Assembly (NCBI RefSeq): GCF_039555335.1
Contig: NC_092647.1
Location: 51,861,740-51,925,739, forward strand
DNA from: Amphiura filiformis
Lineage: Eukaryota
DNA: 64,000 nucleotides
Direction of reading: 5' to 3'
Part shown: positions 36,640-48,649 of the stretch, piece by piece
How the letters are laid out: each line of letters opens with the position of its first letter
How positions within the stretch are numbered: position 1 is the first letter of the stretch
The notes under the pieces: generated by a model
The model's database searches: none
The model's input: only the letters and a program-made list of their open reading frames with translations
Told to the model about the DNA's origin: nothing
Position numbers and translations under genes: made by a program

Positions 36640-36905
36640 AGATGCGAACCTGTATATAAACAGTGAACGGAGTGCCCATCTCTCTTTCATTGGCGATTGG
36701 GCCAGACTCCTCCATGTAATTTTGTTGTAGGGGGGTCGCTACACCTCCTCCACAGCGAGTCTGTTACCTTCCCAGCATTAAAGAATGCCGGTACCCATTT
36801 ATATACACCTGGGTGGAGAGGAGTAATCGAGATAAAGTACCTTACTCAAGGGCACAACACGATGGCGTCGCCGGGACTCGAACCCGCAGTAATGGTTGCT
36901 TGTAA
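36640..36905 (-). mobile_element. tRNA-derived SINE, related family, just upstream of exon 19
   Basis: The reverse complement begins with a tRNA-like GCGGGTTCGAGTCCCGGCGACGCCA. Then ccacccaggtgtatataaatggg, shared with the 11478 and 28433 copies. (GTAAAG)n-like tail at 36626-36650. Confidence 0.55.
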
Positions 36906-36941
36906 CATGAGTGCTACTTTTATTATTTTATATCATTTCAG

Positions 36942-37128
36942 GCAGTCATGCTGGTATTCTACCCAGATTTTGTCACCCATGTTATCAATGATCCCGAGAT
37001 CATCCTCATGGTGGATCTGTCCAATTCTATGCAAGGAAACAACCTACAAGAAGCTAAGACACTCTCACAGCTCATACTCAGACAACTACCTGCTGCATGC
37101 ACATTCAATGTGATCATCTTTGGCACAG
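36942..37128 (+). CDS. PARP4: PARP4-like exon 19, start of vWA domain with a DxSxS metal-binding motif
   Basis: Acceptor CAG at 36939-36941, donor GTTAGA at 37129. AVMLVFYPDFVTHVINDPEIILMVDLSNSMQGNNLQEAKTLSQLILRQLPAACTFNVIIFGT aligns to human ACMLVFQPDLDVDLPDLASESEVIICLDCSSSMEGVTFLQAKQIALHALSLVGEKQKVNIIQFGT. Confidence 0.9.
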
Positions 37129-37314
37129 GTTAGATTGAGTGGTTGATTAATTGATTGAGTCAGTGAGTGAGTGAGTTTGTGATTGATTGGGGAATGAGTC
37201 AGTCGGTGCATGGGGTGGGTAGGTGTGTGTGTGTTGGGGGATGAGAGAGAGAGAGTAAGCTTATGAGTAATACAGCAATAAAAACTACAATTATTATTTC
37301 TCTTCTACTTTTAG

Positions 37315-37579
37315 AATATGAAGAACTTTTCCCATCTAGCCAAACCAAATCAAAGCCAACCTTAGACAAAGCCTTGAGATTCATCCAGGAAGCTGAAGCC
37401 AACCGAGGCAGCACAGAGGCCTGGAATCCTATGCATGCATACTTCCTACTCAAACAAGGCAATACTAAGCCTTGTAATATCTTCTTGGTTAGTGATGGTC
37501 ATGTGTCTAATGAGACAGCTACACTGATGGCTATTAGTCAGAATAGGGAGACATCAAGAATCTTTACATTTGGGATGAG
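37315..37579 (+). CDS. PARP4: PARP4-like exon 20, vWA domain
   Basis: Acceptor AG at 37313-37314, donor GTAAGA at 37580. (E)YEELFPSSQ...NIFLVSDGHVSNETATLMAISQNRETSRIFTFGM aligns to human YKELFSYPK...NILLVSDGHLQDESLTLQLVKRSRPHTRLFACGI. Confidence 0.9.
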
Positions 37580-38274
37580 GTAAGATAAGGCAAAAAAATA
37601 AACCACTTTTGGAGCAAACTTGCTGCTCAGTGCTGGTGACAAGAATTTTCACAGCACATGTGTCAAAGTTCACTTTTCAAACTCTGAAATGTAGTTAGGG
37701 TAACAAAAACTACTGGTTAAGAAAGTCTACTAGATGACCTCAAAAGGTCATCTGTGAAAATAGAAATGGGGACAAATTGTCATGAATTTGGCCCTTATAT
37801 TTAATAGCCAATGTTGACATGGGGTCATCATCGTAATATTTTGGACTAACACCTCGGCTAAATAGTACTTTAGAATATGACAGTAATGACATCATGAATG
37901 TGAACACCAAGCCAAAATATGTCAAAATCACTGGGCCTATGCCGTGATGGGTCTAGATATATATGTGAGATGTGTATGCTTTTGATATATGGGTTGTTCG
38001 GTCTATAAAAGGATGTTTTCTTTTCTTTTTGTACCCAAATGTTACCAGCATGCCAACATTCATCTCAAATACACAATTCAAAGTTGAGGTCTGTTGCAAA
38101 ATGAAGGGATTTGACTCTGCAGTTACATTCTAATTGGTATGAGCTTCATGATTTTAAGACACAGAAATAACTTTTTGGGGCTTATTCATGTATTTTAATC
38201 TTTCCATATAATGTTCTTTCATTCTCATGACAAATTATGAAATTGAAATTTATACATTGCATTAACACATACAG

Positions 38275-38374
38275 CTCTACAGCTGATCACCACACCTTGC
38301 GTTCAATGAGTCGTCTGGGCGGTGGCGATTTTGAATTTTTTGATGTCAAAGCCAAGTCGACATGGGAAAAGAAG
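38275..38374 (+). CDS. PARP4: PARP4-like exon 21, end of vWA domain
   Basis: Acceptor CAG at 38272-38274, donor GTAAGT at 38375. (S)STADHHTLRSMSRLGGGDFEFFDVKAKSTWEKK aligns to human GSTANRHVLRILSQCGAGVFEYFNAKSKHSWRKQ. Confidence 0.9.
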
Positions 38375-39243
38375 GTAAGTGACTTGGGCTCTTAAGCTGA
38401 ATTTATACTCAATCGCTTTTGCAGAAAAGCGATTTTCACGCATGCTCAATGTTTACTTACATTTCCAGAGCGTCAAGCCGATCAATCGATTCAAATCGCG
38501 GAGGCAAAAACAGCGTCGCTTTTGCAAGTTGAAGAAATCTCAACTTCCCAGCGATATCGCTTGACACGTGAATGCGTCAACCAATCATATACAACCAACT
38601 GGATCTATTATTTTACTAATTAATTTATCTTTCTCGATTTTTAACTTTTGATGATGAATTAATTCAAAGCAATAATTATTGACAGCAACTGATGTTTTAA
38701 AATGTATTTTGTGGCATTTAGAATATTTTAATTGTCGTCTGCAATCGCTATCGCTGCGTGATAAGTATAAATGCAAAAGCGACGGGCGATGCATCGCAAA
38801 ATTGGCGATTGCAAATCGCTTTTTCAAAAGCGATTAATCGCATCGCTCGGCGATCGAGTATAAATTCAGCTTTACTGTCACCACCACACAAATATAAATA
38901 CTGGATTTTTCAGTTTAATATAGAAATACCAACCTTTTTAGACATACCTTTTCAAAAAGTAGTTGTAAATGGGTTTTTTTTTCATAAAGTTAAAGATGTG
39001 CTCTACCATGTCTACTGGCCATTATTTTATGATATCTACACCACCAGAGCAATTTCACTCAAAATTTGATTATAGACCTCAAAACAAAAATGTTTTCATG
39101 ACCTTTATATAAATGTTGAGATTAAAAATATATTTTTTAGGTTTTCTATTTCCTGGAAGTCATTCCCAATAATATAATACTCTGAAGAAATCGCACAGAA
39201 CAAAGTGTCGCACCAAAATGGTTCAAATTGCCACCAACTTTAC

Positions 39244-39947
39244 CCAGCAAACACAAAAACGTTTTAAAAACGTTTTAAATAAGTTATATTTTGGCTTTTG
39301 GTTTAGGTAAAAACGTTTTAATAACATTAAAATGTCGGGTTATATAAAGGTCATGATAACGTTTTAAAAGCGTTTTGTATGAAAACACACTACAACAATA
39401 TTTTTAAATGTTTTCAAACAATGTTATTGTAAACTATTTTTGCAAACTTTTTTGCCAAATATTGTGTCAATACTTAAATAACATTATGTTAAAATATTTG
39501 AACCCAGCAAACACACAAATGTTCTTAAAATGGTTTTTTCAAAACCTTTTAATAACATTTAAATGTCGGGTTATATAAAGGTCATGAAAACGTTTTTAAA
39601 ACGTTATTGAAAATATTTTGGGCAAACATTTTTCGCAAAATATTTTTTCAACCCCAAAGTAACATTCTCTTTAGAATGTTTTGTATCAAGTTTTCAAGAA
39701 TGTTTTTGGAATGTTATTAAAACGTTTTTATACCCTTTATATAACCCGATATTTAAACGTTTTCTGTAAAACATTTTTGTTTGCTGAGCAGTAGATTATC
39801 AAAAAATATTTTTTAAGGTTGTGAAAACGTTTTATACTCTTAATATACCCTTTATATAACCCGACATTTAAACGTTTTCTGACAACCTTTTATAACCTTT
39901 TGCGAATGATGTCGAAAACGTTTTGTGTTTGCTGGGTATACCATTGT
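39244..39947 (+). mobile_element. Composite MITE, family 'CCCAGCAAACAC', copy 3, in a PARP4 intron
   Basis: Full-length match to copies 1 and 2, same orientation and terminal inverted repeats. Confidence 0.8.
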
Positions 39948-40119
39948 TAGGCGTATGTAAGAAAAGGCAGAGGTAATTTTTGTGGAATATAATTTTCATC
40001 CAATTTCCAAACTTTAAATGATAGAGGCACAGTAAAGAGACAACAGCTTTTTAACAATACTTCTGTAAAATAAGGGGGGGGAGCTAATTTGATTTGACTT
40101 TTTGTTTGCCTAATATGAC

Positions 40120-40420
40120 TACCTCTTAAACACGCCCAAGTACTACAAAATACTGCTTGATATATGTGCTGTTCGTGCATGCATCCCACATGGTGTGATG
40201 ACGTAATCGCCCTAAGTGATATATAGGCATGGTTAGCTGGCCAGCGAAGCCCAAGACCCGTGGCAAAGTGTTGCCAACCATCTGCTTGGCATGCGAGGGG
40301 TCTCGGGTTCGAATCCCACCCAGAGCAAACAACTTCTCTCTTTATTCCTTCCTTCTTTCCCTTCCCGTCGCCAAAAAGCCCCTGGCGGGTTAGGGTTAAC
40401 GTCACTGTAACATTGCTTTT
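40120..40420 (+). mobile_element. SINE-like repeat, family 2, with a B-box GGTTCGAATCC. It ends 18 bp before the exon 22 acceptor.
   Basis: About 90% identical to 43760-44045. Contains tggccagcgaagcccaagacccgtggcaa...gcgaggggtctcgggttcgaatcccacccagagca plus a CT-rich tail. Confidence 0.75.
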
Positions 40421-40437
40421 GATGCATTTTATTGAAG

Positions 40438-40617
40438 CTGAAACATCAAATCAGTCGATGTTGTCAACCAGCTGTGAGTAACATTGGCATAGAATGGGGA
40501 AATGAAGACAAACCCTCATCTGAAGACAGGGATCCATTGCAAGCTCCAGCACAGATCACTACGGTATTCAGTGGCTCCCGTCTTGTGGTCTATGCACTTG
40601 TCAACTCATGTTCACAG
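40438..40617 (+). CDS. PARP4: PARP4-like exon 22
   Basis: Acceptor AG at 40436-40437, donor GTGAGT at 40618. LKHQISRCCQPAVSNIGIEWGNEDKPSSEDRDPLQAPAQITTVFSGSRLVVYALVNSCSQ aligns to human IEDQMTRLCSPSCHSVSVKWQQLNPDVPEALQAPAQVPSLFLNDRLLVYGFIPHCTQ. Confidence 0.9.
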
Positions 40618-41415
40618 GTGAGTATCTGGTAGTGTGTTAGGTGAGAGTAAGGGGATAGAAGAGTGTCTCTTACCAGGCAGGTGGCCAGTGGTCCATCCAT
40701 CATGTAAGCAGTCTCAAAATTGGCCTATTCGCCGATCGTGCGTGTTACGGGATCTGATACCCCTGGGTACGTAATAATAAATCACGCCCTCATTGGGTTC
40801 GGGGAGTCTCCATCATGGCAGAATAGCAAATAAACCATGTCATCTTTACCTCCTGATTTATTGTAGTTTTATGAAGCGTTACATCACGCAACAGTGCGGT
40901 CATCTCAAAACTAGATTCTACCTGCAAAATGCTTGTTGTGTGTGCCTACGCTTGTCAAACGTGTGCTTTAATTGCTGCAAATGCTTTGCAAAAGCCTTCT
41001 GACACGTTGCTAATGAGGGCGAAAAACAAAAATGCACTTTTTGCGCATGTGTTTGCAAGGAAAACTTTGTTTTGATAGCAAGATGGCAGATCTGTGCAAA
41101 GGTTGAATTGTCAAGACTTCATTGAGGGTTCAGCCTGCTTTATTGCGCCACTAAGGAGGAAAGTGGGGCATTTACCCCCCCCCCCATATTTTTCTTGCCC
41201 CCTGCACAATAAAAACCCCAAATTACAAAAATTCCTGGCACTGTATGCTTACATGAAGGTAATACCTGGCCTGGGTTGCATTTCTAGTCAGTGTGTGAAA
41301 TTGAAATCAGTTTTCTAAACATTTGTCAGTTTTTACTTTTAAAAATTGACATTGAATACCTACCTAAATGAAAGCTGAGTGTTCTACTGATACTTCTGTC
41401 AATATTTTCTTCCAG

Positions 41416-41511
41416 GTTGTTTTGAAAGCTGATGTTCCTACTGTGCCATATGGCAGCAAGGAGGTCATCACCAAATTTGCAGCTGAAGATATCAAGAACT
41501 CACAAGGAATG
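41416..41511 (+). CDS. PARP4: PARP4-like exon 23. Its downstream intron appears to be GC-AG.
   Basis: Acceptor CAG at 41413-41415. Encodes VVLKADVPTVPYGSKEVITKFAAEDIKNSQGM, compare human ATLCALIQEKEFRTMVSTTELQKTTGTM. The only in-phase junction to exon 24 (ILHQLAARAI, human MIHKLAARAL) uses ATG|GCAAGT at 41512. No GT donor gives phase 0. Confidence 0.7.
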
Positions 41512-42194
41512 GCAAGTCATTTTATTTTGTTCTGTTCGAAAAGCCATTTGAACGTTTATTTGATCAGCATGTCGTTGTGTATCTACACATGCTGCACAAG
41601 AACATACAATGTGGAATGATTGCTTGCTACAATAACAGTCGTCTTAGGGCATTTAAATAAAGGCACTTAATTTAATGCCCATGTGACCAGATGGGCACTG
41701 ACATTACAGCTAGACAGGAAGGCTGGAAAAGTGACCTTTGGCACAGCGAGCGGTCTTCATGTGTATTTCAATTGGAAACACGGCATGAATGTCCAAATTT
41801 TCTAGAAAATTTGTCATGTTTTTTGCACCTTTGTAGTATTATTTCAAGAGTTTCTGTCAATAACCTTTTTTTTTTTCTGTCTTTAAAAACTTCCAAAATT
41901 TAGTTCTTCAAAACATACTAAAAAAGTAGTATCTCCCAATGTGTAATGAATTACCTTATACAATTTTGAGTAATTTCGATGATATTTTGTCTGAAAAGTT
42001 CCTATCTCTTAGCATTGTAGCACATCTACTGATCACTTGATGGTCTTGGTATGGCAGCGCCCATGGGTCATGTGGGCATTAAATTATGGGCCTTTATTTA
42101 AATACCCTATTATGACTGAAGAGGTAACTGGAAATCATTTTGGGAAAGAAGGACCCAAAATGTTACATTAAACTAAGCAAAACAAAATGGTGAT

Positions 42195-42500
42195 TTGATC
42201 CTGGATGACCCCAAAATGACATTGACATTTGTTGTGTCACTTCGGTGGTCGTTCCCACCAAATTTTTGAACCTACGACAATCTATGGCGATTTTACCCCG
42301 AATGACTCTAAATTGGCCTTGACATTTTGTCTCGTTTCGGAACCTGCGACAATATATGGCGATATGACCCTGAATGGACCTTGACATTTTTTGTCTTGTT
42401 TGGTGGCCGCTCCCACTAAATTTCATGAACCTGCGACAATCTATGGTGATTTGACCATGGATGACACTGAATGATCCAAAATTGGCCTTGACATTGGTGT
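42195..42500. repeat. Tandem repeat of about 85 bp, about 3.5 units
   Basis: gaccYtgaMtgaccttgacatttt.gtctcgtttcggWRcctgcgacaatctatggcgatttgacc repeats. Explains the minus ORF at 42163-42426. Confidence 0.85.
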
Positions 42501-42923
42501 CTCATTTCGGTGCTCCTTCTTTTAGTTACACCCACCCACGCCACTGTTCTTTTAGTTACACCAGCCAAGCATATTAATTATGTTGGTTACTTAGAGATAA
42601 TATTGAGAGACTGGCCATGGCAACCTATGGGGAGTAAGAGGGAAGACCCCATTTGCAACAAATGCAAACTTGCTCTGGCTTGGACCAAGTCCACCTATCC
42701 ACCAAGTTTGAGGGCCATGATGCGACCTGTCTGTTCCGAGAATAAGGGTGGACAGACAGACACACACCCCGACACACAGCTAGACGCCAAGACGGACAGA
42801 CTACCAGTATTATTATATAGATATAAGAAAGAAAGAATAAAAGTAATTGTGGAAGGTGTATGATAAAGTAAAATTTGTTGTTGTTTTTTTGTTTGTTTGT
42901 TTTGTTATTTGACAAATGTACAG

Positions 42924-43106
42924 ATACTCCATCAACTTGCAGCAAGAGCCATTGTACAAGACTGGGAAGAGGGCGCTCTTCATTCCGATCGCTTACATCA
43001 TGAAGCCAAGAAGATGGAGATTCAGTCCTCCATTGTTCCTCTTAGCATGGAGTACAACATCATTACTCCTTACACCAGCTTTATTGCAGTCGAAGAAAGA
43101 CGAGAG
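42924..43106 (+). CDS. PARP4: PARP4-like exon 24
   Basis: Acceptor CAG at 42921-42923, donor GTAGGC at 43107. ILHQLAARAIVQDWEEGALHSDRLHHEAKKMEIQSSIVPLSMEYNIITPYTSFIAVEERRE aligns to human IHKLAARALIRDYEDGILHENETSHEMKKQTLKSLIIKLSKENSLITQFTSFVAVEKRDE. Confidence 0.9.
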
Positions 43107-43759
43107 GTAGGCCCACAATATTCATTAGGCCTAAAAAATTGTTTGATTGGCGTAATTAACATACAAAAAAAATTAGGTAATTTTTTTTTTTTTTTTTTTC
43201 AATTTTAAAAAAATTTGCAAAAGAATAAGAAAAAAGTCCAGGGTCGGGCCTATTTTTAAGGTCGGTCGGGTTACGCCAATCAAACAATTTTGTTAGGCCT
43301 TATGAAATTAAATAAAAATTAGGGATAGCTTAATGACTAAAAGCTTTATCTATTATTATACCGATATTATTGTACCGTAACATCAGTGAAAATCAGACTC
43401 TTCAAAGCCTGAAGCTGTTGAAAGTATTCTGTAAATGTATTGTCAGAAACTTGAACCATTACTAAGAAAATGGAAGCTAATAGAGGACTGACTCGATGGA
43501 TACTACACACCAACTGTTGGATCGGGTATTAATTATGTCTGCTAGTGAGACCACATTCCAAACACTGATCTCTATGGCATTATTCTCCTTGTGTCATCAC
43601 TAATCAGACAACATTAGTGCTGGTCACTGCATTCTCCCAATTGACCAACCTGTCTGCTGACTGATTTTCTGGACTCCTCCTGATAGGTAACTAAATAGAG
43701 GCAGAATGCCTCTTCAATACCCTGACACCATCAAGAGTGGTATATTAACCCTAACAGCC

Positions 43760-44045
43760 CTGAATACTACAAAATACTACTTGATATATGCGCTGTTCGT
43801 GCATGCATCCCACGTGGTGTGATGACGCAATCGCCCTAAGTGATATATAGGCACGGTTTCGCTGGCCAGCGAAGCCCAAGACCCGTGGCAAGGTGTCGCC
43901 GACCGAGTGCTTGGCATGCGAGGGGTCTCGGGTTCGAATCCCACCCAGAGCAAACAACTTCTTTCCTTCTTTTCTCTCTTTATTCTTTCCTTCTTTCCCT
44001 TCCCGTCGCCAAAAAGCCCCTAGGCGGTTAGGGTTAACCTGCAAC
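43760..44045 (+). mobile_element. SINE-like repeat, family 2, second copy
   Basis: Matches 40120-40420. Confidence 0.75.
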
Positions 44046-44346
44046 CACCAGAGATTCAACAACTGATGAAAGCAGAAGAGTTTGGGCCAGCATACTTCTG
44101 ATGCTTCCTTCATTCCATCCACAAACAACTGATGATGATGAATACACCCTATGAGATAAAAAGATATTCTGTTGTTTAGTTACATTATGTGATGTGTGTG
44201 TGGGAATGTAAGATTGAATTAAAATTATTTACTTTGGATCAAATTCAAACCCATATTTCAACCTTTGATTTTTCAGATGGTACTCCATACACCCTTCTTC
44301 AGCAAGAGTAGACTGCATCAGGTCGTGGTTCTGATACAGACTTGCT

Positions 44347-44793
44347 CTACATGATGAAATAAACTCCTCAACAAAAGTTTGGACAGTTTTTTCAAGCATC
44401 TGTATCTCAAATTGTTTGTGACATATTCATATCGTGTTGCATATCAATGGATAGCTACAATACTCCGCTTTACAATGACACCCCATTTGAAACAATAACA
44501 TTTTTCACGGCTGACTACACGCCTTGTGGTTTTTCCACCCACTATTGAGGTTAGTGGCTGGCGTTGTTTGAGCACAGAATAATGGTCAATTTGGCAAATT
44601 CTGTGTGAGACCCCACTACATTCACAAGGCGTGTACTCAGCTGTGAAAAATGTTATGGTTTCAAATGGGGTGTCATTGTAAAGCGGAGTATTGTAGCTAT
44701 CCATTGATATGCAATACGATATGAATATGTCACAAATAATTTGAGATACAGATGCTTGCAAAAACTTTCCAAACTTTTGTTGAGGAGTTTATG
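44347..44793. mobile_element. MITE derived from a Tc1/mariner-like element with about 200-bp terminal inverted repeats and no internal region
   Basis: Near-perfect palindrome. The terminal inverted repeat taaactcctcaacaaaagtttggaMagttttttcaagcatct...catatcgtgttgcatatcaatggatagctacaatactcc is shared with 58131-58891. Confidence 0.8.
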
Positions 44794-44884
44794 TGCACCA
44801 TCTGAAAGTTGTGTGGTAGGAATATAAATTTTGTGTTTGGATCAAATTTATCACATGGATATAATTTTATTTATTGTTTTTAAG

Positions 44885-44998
44885 GGAGAAGATTTGTCTA
44901 CAAATACAGGACCAAGTGTATCTGATTTAGTAGCAATGGCAGGTGTTGATGATATGCCATCTTTGGATTGGCAAGATGAAGTTACTCCTCAAGTAGAG
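44885..44998 (+). CDS. PARP4: PARP4-like exon 25
   Basis: Acceptor AG at 44883-44884, donor GTAGGT at 44999. GEDLSTNTGPSVSDLVAMAGVDDMPSLDWQDEVTPQVE aligns to human NESPFPDIPKVSELIAKEDVDFLPYMSWQGEPQEAV. Confidence 0.8.
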
Positions 44999-45339
44999 GT
45001 AGGTATCCTCCTCCGCTAACTCCTCTTTTTTCATTTGCATCTCTTCCTCCTCCTGTCTTAACCATCAGAATTACTGATACCATCACCACCGCTGTATTTA
45101 AGGATTAATTTTAAAGATAGGATTTAGGGCTGTGCAATAATCGCCAAAAGTTGCCTCTTTTGGCCTGCTAAAATTGTTACCCCCCCGGGCCTGCCAAACA
45201 GCCCCCCCCCCCCGCACATATCCCAATTTGGAAACCTAATGGTCTTGATATAAGATGAACCTTCAGAACCTTCAGAATGCTTATCCTGCACGAAAACGCC
45301 TGGTGTGGCTATCTAAACATGCAGCGTTGTCATGCATGC

Positions 45340-47700
45340 AGCTGACTAATTAAAGTGAGCCTTCCTAGAGAGTTCTTTGAGGTCAATGTTGTCAAGTTGA
45401 GATCTGAAATACTTCAGGTTTTCTGTTGTCTTCACGTCAGCGGGTAAGAGGTTCCATTCCGGAATGGTGTATGGGTAGAGTGCATGTTTATAACAGTCTT
45501 TGTTGACATTGATTCTCTTGAGATTATTTGGGTGATTGTTTCTGGTTGATCTGCCAATTTGGTCTTTAGGTGTGAACTTGCGGTTGGTAATATTTGATGG
45601 TGCCAATGAGTTGAATTCTTTGAAGATGATGGTGAGACGAGCTTTTTGGCGTCTTGTAGCCAGGTTTTCCCATTTTAGTTCATGGAGGAGATGAGTAACA
45701 CTGGTTTCACGCTTGTAGGCATTACAGACAAAGCGTGCCGCTCTGCGCTGTACCTTTTCAACTGTTTCAATGTGGGTGTGTTTGGGGGTCCCAAATACTG
45801 CTGCAGTACTCAAGTTTGGGACGAACTAATGTCTTATAGGCAGTGGCTTTGGTCTTTTCGTCAGCAGCATCTCAGGTTTCTCTTCAGAAGGCCAAGGATC
45901 TTATTTGCCCGGCAGTAACTTGATTGATGTGCTTGGACCAAGAAAGATCTTTTGACAATTCCACTCCTAAGTAAGGATGGTGATCAGTTTCTTGTAAGAT
46001 GGAATTTCCCATTTTGTATTGTTGGATGACTGGTTTCTTCTTGTGTGACATATGCATGGTGAAGCATTTTGAAGTATTGAAGCTCATTTGCCAAGTTTGT
46101 TCCCAGTTGCACAATGAATCAATATCTTTTGTAAAATGTCACAATCACTTTGGGATGAAACTTGCGATAGAGTATGCAATCATCCGCAAATAAGCGTACT
46201 TGAGAGTTTACAGAGTCTGGGAGGTCGTTAATGTACATGAGGAACAATAACGGGCCTAATACTGTTCCTTGGGGAACTCCAGAAGTAACGGGGGAATTGG
46301 CAGACTTTTCACCATCTATGATGACTGTCTGCTGACGTTGTGTGAGGAAACTATCAATCCAGTCTTTAATGTTATTTCTGATGCCGATATGATGTAACTT
46401 AGCGAGTAAGCGTTTGTGAGGGACCATGTCGAACGCTTTGCTGAAATCCATTATGATGAGATCAACTTGACTTCTTCTATCAAGAATTTGCGCAAGGTCT
46501 TCAGTCAACGCTGCCAGCTGAGTCTCGCATGATCTTTCTTTGCGGAAACCGTGTTGGAGGTCAGTAAGCAGATGGTACTTGTCGACATGGTCCATAATAT
46601 GACGATGAATAATGTGTTCTAACAATTTGCAGGATATACAGGTCAACGAGACTGGCCTGTAATTTGAAGGACAGGACCTGTCTCCCTTCTTATAAATGGG
46701 GGACACGTTTGCGTTGAGCCAATCCGTTGGTAACATACCGCAGTCGATAGACTTTTGAAAAATCTTCTGAAGTATCGGAGCAATAGATACTGCGCACTCC
46801 TTCAAAACTCTCGCGGGTATATTATCTGGTCCTGAAGCTTTGTTTGTCTTGAGGTTCAGGAGAAGTTTCTCAACTCCAGGCGTAGTAATATTTACAGGGG
46901 GCAAATCAGGAACTGAGCCATTGCTCATATCAGGAATACTTGACAGATCTTCCTTTGTAAAGACGGAACAGAATTGTTTATTTAATGCATCAGCTTTGTC
47001 CTTGGCACTAGAGATGGTACGCCCAGCGACCTCTAGGCCAGAGATACCAAACACCTCTTGTTTCTTAGTCTTTATAAAATTCCAGAATGGCTTTGTGTTC
47101 TCGGATTGAAGGCTAGCACCTATCACCTCCCTGACATAAGACTTATACTGCTTTCTGATCTTGCGGTCAGTACGACGCCTAATTCGCTTAAACTTTTCCC
47201 AAAGAGCTTTGCTACTTCTTTTACGAGCTTTGTTATAAAGTCGTTGTTTCTTACGAATTTCTCTCTTGGTTCCATCTGTGATCCAAGGCTGACTTAGTCT
47301 AGATGAACTCAGTTTGGAAGGAATATGCTGGTTTATGGCTGATTGCAGAGAATCTTTAAAGGATATCCACAGAGAATCAATGTCTAATTCTGCTACTAAC
47401 TCATCTGAGAGCTGGTCATTGAAAGCTTCCATCTCTTTAATGATTTCAGCATAATCGCCCTTGTTAAAGAGAAAAATCTTTCTCCTTGGGCGCTTGACAA
47501 ATTTGGGCTTAATACTTGCGTCGATGACAACGACATCATGGTCACTAATACCAGCTTGCACACTAACTTTGTTCACAAAAGATGGGCAATTTGTAAAACA
47601 GAGGTCCAAGATGCTGTTGTTCCTAGTTGGTTTGTCAACAATTTGCGCAAGATGCAAATGTAGTGAGCAGAAAATTTTGCAATTTTAAACATTTCTGGTT
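45340..47700 (-). mobile_element. Degenerate, 5'-truncated LINE ORF2 (end of endonuclease, reverse transcriptase, C-terminal region) in intron 25, nested inside another repeat
   Basis: Minus ORF 46119-47657 has GISDHDVV (end of endonuclease) and reverse-transcriptase motifs up to SGVPQGTVLGPLLF...FADD. ORFs 45884-46114 and 45346-45813 continue the reverse transcriptase and C-terminal region in other frames, so it is frameshifted. Flanking sequences 45100-45340 and 47690-47850 are related direct repeats (gccaaaaRttgc...cctgccaaaattg.t.cccc). Confidence 0.8.
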
Positions 47701-48017
47701 TTCCTAAGCCTCTTTAGAGCTTTTTAGAAGTGTCACATCAATGTGTGCCAAAAATTGCTTGACCCCCCCCTCTACCTGCCAAAATTGCTTCCCGTCCTCT
47801 CGGCCAGCCAAAAATATTTGCCCCGTTACACATAGGCAGCAAGTTTACTCTGGGCAATGCGCAAATATCTCAATTTTGCCTCCATTCCTGACTTAAGATG
47901 GCATGATTCCTGCATCGAGATAAAAATTTAAAATAAATTAAAACATTTATCTCAATGATTCCTGCTTCTGCCTCTCATGTGGTGATTTGAATTGATTTCC
48001 TATTTGTTTTCTTGTAG

Positions 48018-48167
48018 GTGAACCCAGAGAAGCAGATAGCCAATCTTTTGCGTACAGCTAATACAGCTACTGAGACTCTGTCATTTGATGCAGCAGAGAG
48101 GTATTATGAGGATGCACACAAAGTGGCAGAGGAGAAACTCAAACCAGACAGCTCACTTGTACTAGAG
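48018..48167 (+). CDS. PARP4: PARP4-like exon 26, poorly conserved linker region
   Basis: Acceptor AG at 48016-48017, donor GTAAGT at 48168. Phase 0 to phase 0. A 50-codon ORF, VNPEKQIANLLRTANTATETLSFDAAERYYEDAHKVAEEKLKPDSSLVLE. Phase-compatible with flanking exons but lacks clear homology. Confidence 0.55.
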
Positions 48168-48649
48168 GTAAGTCACATATTTGAGCAGGATTTTAAAAAA
48201 AATTCTCATGACCATATTTGGAATAAGCATGAAAAATGTATTAAAATAAGTACAAACAAGCCTAGAAATGGTGTAGTTGTTCTTAAGATAGCTCTTGATA
48301 TTTTGAGGAAACATCTCAAAAATGTTTGTGTTTGAAGACTATGACTGGCATGCAGAGCATTAAAGTTTGGAAGAGTGGACAGGCTTTACCATTTACAGGG
48401 TGGCCCGAAAATGAGAGAGGAAGACTAAATATTAATTCTGCATAATGGTATGTCAAAATATATTACAGCAGGATTTTCTTTGTTTCAAAATGAGAATTGC
48501 TTTGAAAAACAAAAGGCATTCCTGTAAATGAATAACAAAATGAATAACAAAATAAAGTTTTGTGTACATGGCAAAATTCATTAAAAGTTATGGTTTACAA
48601 TTTACTTCACTTTTCCATTTTCAACATTTTGTGTGACTTTTGATCGCAG

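Noticed and set aside
39947-40405. 152-aa minus-strand ORF
   Set aside because: It spans the SINE-like repeat at 40120-40420 and adjacent MITE sequence. It is a repeat-derived open frame.
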